The position numbers and the translations under genes are program-made. The notes under the pieces were generated by a model. That model was not told where the DNA came from. It did no database searches and saw nothing but the letters and a program-made list of their open reading frames with translations. This document shows, in pieces, positions 61,541-64,000 of a stretch of DNA of 64,000 nt. The stretch lies in assembly GCA_019057815.1 (NCBI GenBank), contig JAHLWR010000012.1, forward strand, positions 32,001 to 96,000. Direction: 5' to 3'. Origin of the DNA: Candidatus Heimdallarchaeota archaeon. Lineage in GTDB: Archaea; Asgardarchaeota; Heimdallarchaeia; Heimdallarchaeales; Heimdallarchaeaceae. Position 1 is the first letter of the stretch. Every line of letters starts with the position of its first letter.

Positions 61541-62074
61541 TTAATACCACACCTTCTTTAATTTTAACCAATAACCAAGTATATTTGATATAAAATGAAC
61601 TAGAGGAGTTAACGTAATTAAAATTATGAAAAAGAACCAAGGCGTAGGTAAAATGAAAGGCCAAGCAAATAGCAACCCTATTACCATCCACGATCCTTGA
61701 TCATAGAGAATTAAAGGTCCTCCTGGCTTGATATCTAGTCTTCGTTTAATAAATGCACCCATCAAATCAGCAGTATGATCACCAAGACTCATAAAAAAGC
61801 CTATATACCAAGGAAAATTGACGAAAATACCTTTTTTTTCATCCATCAGATACCAAAGAATTACTCCAGTTAATGTACCAACTACTATTCCCCAAATAAT
61901 GCCTTTCCAAGTTTTATTATCTCCAAATAACCTTCTACCATCTTTGAGAGTTTTCCCTAAGTCTACTGGTGTTTTCCCTCCACCCAAAAGATGTGCTGCA
62001 GTGTTGCATAGATATATAGGTAGCCCAAAGACAAAAGCATAGAATACATTCAACCATGATGCAGACGGGTACAC
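61541..62074 (-). CDS. carS: CDP-archaeol synthase
   Basis: Motifs PVDLGK, DGRRLFGDNKTWKG, AFIKRR and LKLKKVWY. Confidence 0.92.
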   Translation of the reverse strand: MYPSASWLNVFYAFVFGLPIYLCNTAAHLLGGGKTPVDLGKTLKDGRRLFGDNKTWKGIIWGIVVGTLTGVILWYLMDEKKGIFVNFPWYIGFFMSLGDHTADLMGAFIKRRLDIKPGGPLILYDQGSWMVIGLLFAWPFILPTPWFFFIILITLTPLVHFISNILGYWLKLKKVWY

Positions 62075-62183
62075 ATTCTTAATTGTATGTTGTTACTAAT
62101 AAATTTTTTTGTTGGTCGAAATAGAGAAAAAGATATTAAGGTAATCATAAAATAGAAATATAGACTGCTTCAAGGGGTTCAAC

Positions 62184-63092
62184 TTGAGTCTTCAACAGAA
62201 AAGAAAAAAAATTGAGTACGAGTGCAATCTTTGCAGAAAAACAAGGGTTCTCTATATCCTTCCTGCATTACACAAGAATGTTGATGATAAAGGGTATATT
62301 GAATATGTTGATGTTCACCAATGTCGAAACGAGCTAATCACTGCAAATATCATCTATGTTGATAGAAGCTTAACTGTGAGATCTCAAGTTCCTGTAGATG
62401 TCGGTGATGATCTCAGTTCTAAACAAATTAATTCTCTAAACATTCCATCACCCAAGAAAGTTGGTTTTCAAAAGTGTGAAATTACTCCAATGAAGGATTT
62501 TAGAAGAAAGAATTTGAAGGGTATTTATATTAAAGATAAGCTTAGACAGTGTGATTTTAGCTTAAAAAAGAAAGGGGATGGAAGAGAAATAAACATCCTT
62601 TCTGAGTTGAAATTCATTGAGATTAAAGCAGTTGTTGCAAAAAGTGTAGATGTCGACATTGCAACAGAATGGTTTAAACAGATAGCTTCAATTCTAGAAG
62701 CGATTGTACTTCTCGACAATGAGATGTTAGCTTTTCTGATTACTTATTTAGATCCTAAGCTACCTTCTCTCACATCAGGGGATACTATAATTGAAATTGA
62801 TTATATTCTGCACGCGAAAAGCTCCTTTCCTAAATCATCACTCAAATCTTTTGCTATTTTTCGAAGACAGTGGAATAAAATTAGTGAAGGAATGGGTAGT
62901 AAAGACTTTAGCATATATGAAAAACTAATCACTTATTGTATCGGAAATCAACATAAAACGCTTCTAGATATCTTTGAGAAAGCAGAAGAAAATATGAGTT
63001 TTGTAGATTTTGTCACTGCTATGCAGCAGCTATCGATGTTAGGGATGTTAAATATTCGAAAAGTTGAATTTTTCACAGTGAAGGAAGTTTAG
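62184..63092 (+). CDS. Hypothetical protein with N-terminal zinc-binding motif
   Basis: CNLC...HQC, with a possible C-terminal wHTH. Confidence 0.6.
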   Translation: MSLQQKRKKIEYECNLCRKTRVLYILPALHKNVDDKGYIEYVDVHQCRNELITANIIYVDRSLTVRSQVPVDVGDDLSSKQINSLNIPSPKKVGFQKCEITPMKDFRRKNLKGIYIKDKLRQCDFSLKKKGDGREINILSELKFIEIKAVVAKSVDVDIATEWFKQIASILEAIVLLDNEMLAFLITYLDPKLPSLTSGDTIIEIDYILHAKSSFPKSSLKSFAIFRRQWNKISEGMGSKDFSIYEKLITYCIGNQHKTLLDIFEKAEENMSFVDFVTAMQQLSMLGMLNIRKVEFFTVKEV

Positions 63093-63143
63093 CTGCTCTT
63101 TTTTTCGCAACAATTATAAGAGACTTAACTGTTTTTCTAAATA

Positions 63144-63242
63144 ATGTATGTACCCAGCCATCTGGACAGTTTTCAAGAATCAGTAATTCGTGAGATGACG
63201 AGAAAAGCAATTGAGAATGATGCAATTAATCTTTCACAAGGT
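63144..63242 (+). pseudogene. 5' remnant of a class I PLP aminotransferase
   Basis: Reads FQESVIREMTRKAIENDAINLSQG, then loses similarity. Confidence 0.7.
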
Positions 63243-63366
63243 ATGCATATTTTCCTTCCTTGTAAAGGTATGAAGTCTGCTTCAGTATCACCTTTCCTCC
63301 AATGTCCTTCTTTCATCCAATTGTGATGTAAGACCATCCTATTTGTTAGAGCTAGTAAGAGAGCAG
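63243..63366 (-). pseudogene. Internal remnant of a D-2-hydroxyacid dehydrogenase
   Basis: Reads ALLLALTNRMVLHHNWMKEGHWRKGDTEADFIPLQGRKICI, cut just before the GxGxxG motif. Confidence 0.6.
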
Positions 63367-64000
63367 TTATTGTTTTGAAAAATAATTCAATCCTTCGCGT
63401 TTTTTGATAGGAATAATAACCATTAATCCAATCAATAGAGTAACTAAAGTGGAATAAGGCAAAGTAGATGTTGGAGTAGTTTCCTCAGGAAAAGTAAAGG
63501 TTGTATTAGCACCATTATGAGTTATTAGAATATCAGAACCATTAACAGCAATTTCTGAGATAAAATGATGGTAATTGTGTTGTTCTTCATAGTCATCAAG
63601 ATGCATCCAAACGGTGTAGTTACCGTCAGGAAGAGCCTCTAAAGTATCATTCACGTCGAGGGTAAACCATAGCGTTCCTTCAGTAATTCCAGGATTAATT
63701 GTGTGGTTGGTAAAAAGAGGCATAAGAGCATTAGGTCCCCCTAACTGACCAACATATTGTTCATTCTCAAATGAGAGATTTCCAAATATATAAACAAGAC
63801 AAGTGTTTGGGGTGAGAATATACAACGTTCTACCAGATGGATTGATAATCTCACTACTACATTCGAACTCAAAGAAAGTCCAATTAGGATAAGTTTCTCT
63901 ATAAGTTATTTCGGGGGGAAGAACTATTTCTGTCATACGAGTATATATTGTATGTTCAGAAACAGTTGCATGAGGTAGTGACAAAGGGATAGAAAGAATG
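63367..64000 (-). CDS. Secreted protein with C-terminal anchor (5' partial)
   Basis: Frame is open to the window end. Thr/Pro linker, TM helix and KKR. Confidence 0.65.
   Translation of the reverse strand, partial: ILSIPLSLPHATVSEHTIYTRMTEIVLPPEITYRETYPNWTFFEFECSSEIINPSGRTLYILTPNTCLVYIFGNLSFENEQYVGQLGGPNALMPLFTNHTINPGITEGTLWFTLDVNDTLEALPDGNYTVWMHLDDYEEQHNYHHFISEIAVNGSDILITHNGANTTFTFPEETTPTSTLPYSTLVTLLIGLMVIIPIKKREGLNYFSKQ

Overview
An AT-rich archaeal chromosome segment. It is most likely from an Asgard archaeon (inference): it carries CDP-archaeol synthase, tandem Rab-like GTPases without prenylation motifs, archaeal TATA boxes and oligo-T terminators, and several surface proteins with a C-terminal TM plus basic tail. 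Main content: a tungsten aldehyde oxidoreductase locus (rSAM maturase, aor, MoaD), arsM, dihydropyrimidinase, ABC and MFS transporters, DUF6144-like proteins, rubrerythrin, DegV and feoAB. It also holds a tight 7-gene operon encoding an HD protein, a beta-decarboxylating dehydrogenase, two LeuCD-type aconitases (one split, one fused) and an ATP-citrate-lyase-like pair. No rRNA, tRNA, CRISPR array, integrase or transposase was found. The main unexplained signals are: (i) a ~330-nt, ~50% GC, multi-hairpin non-coding element with terminal inverted repeats at 25.2-25.5 kb; (ii) six short same-strand duplicates, five copied from a nearby gene, several of which bracket accessory genes, plus many orphan gene shards; (iii) a dispersed ~60-bp GTCAAC-hairpin repeat; (iv) a circularly permuted family-5 solute-binding protein; (v) a frameshift-fused HEPN-MNT module; (vi) an unannotated Cys-rich ORF after feoB. 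All calls come from motif reading by eye; no searches were run.
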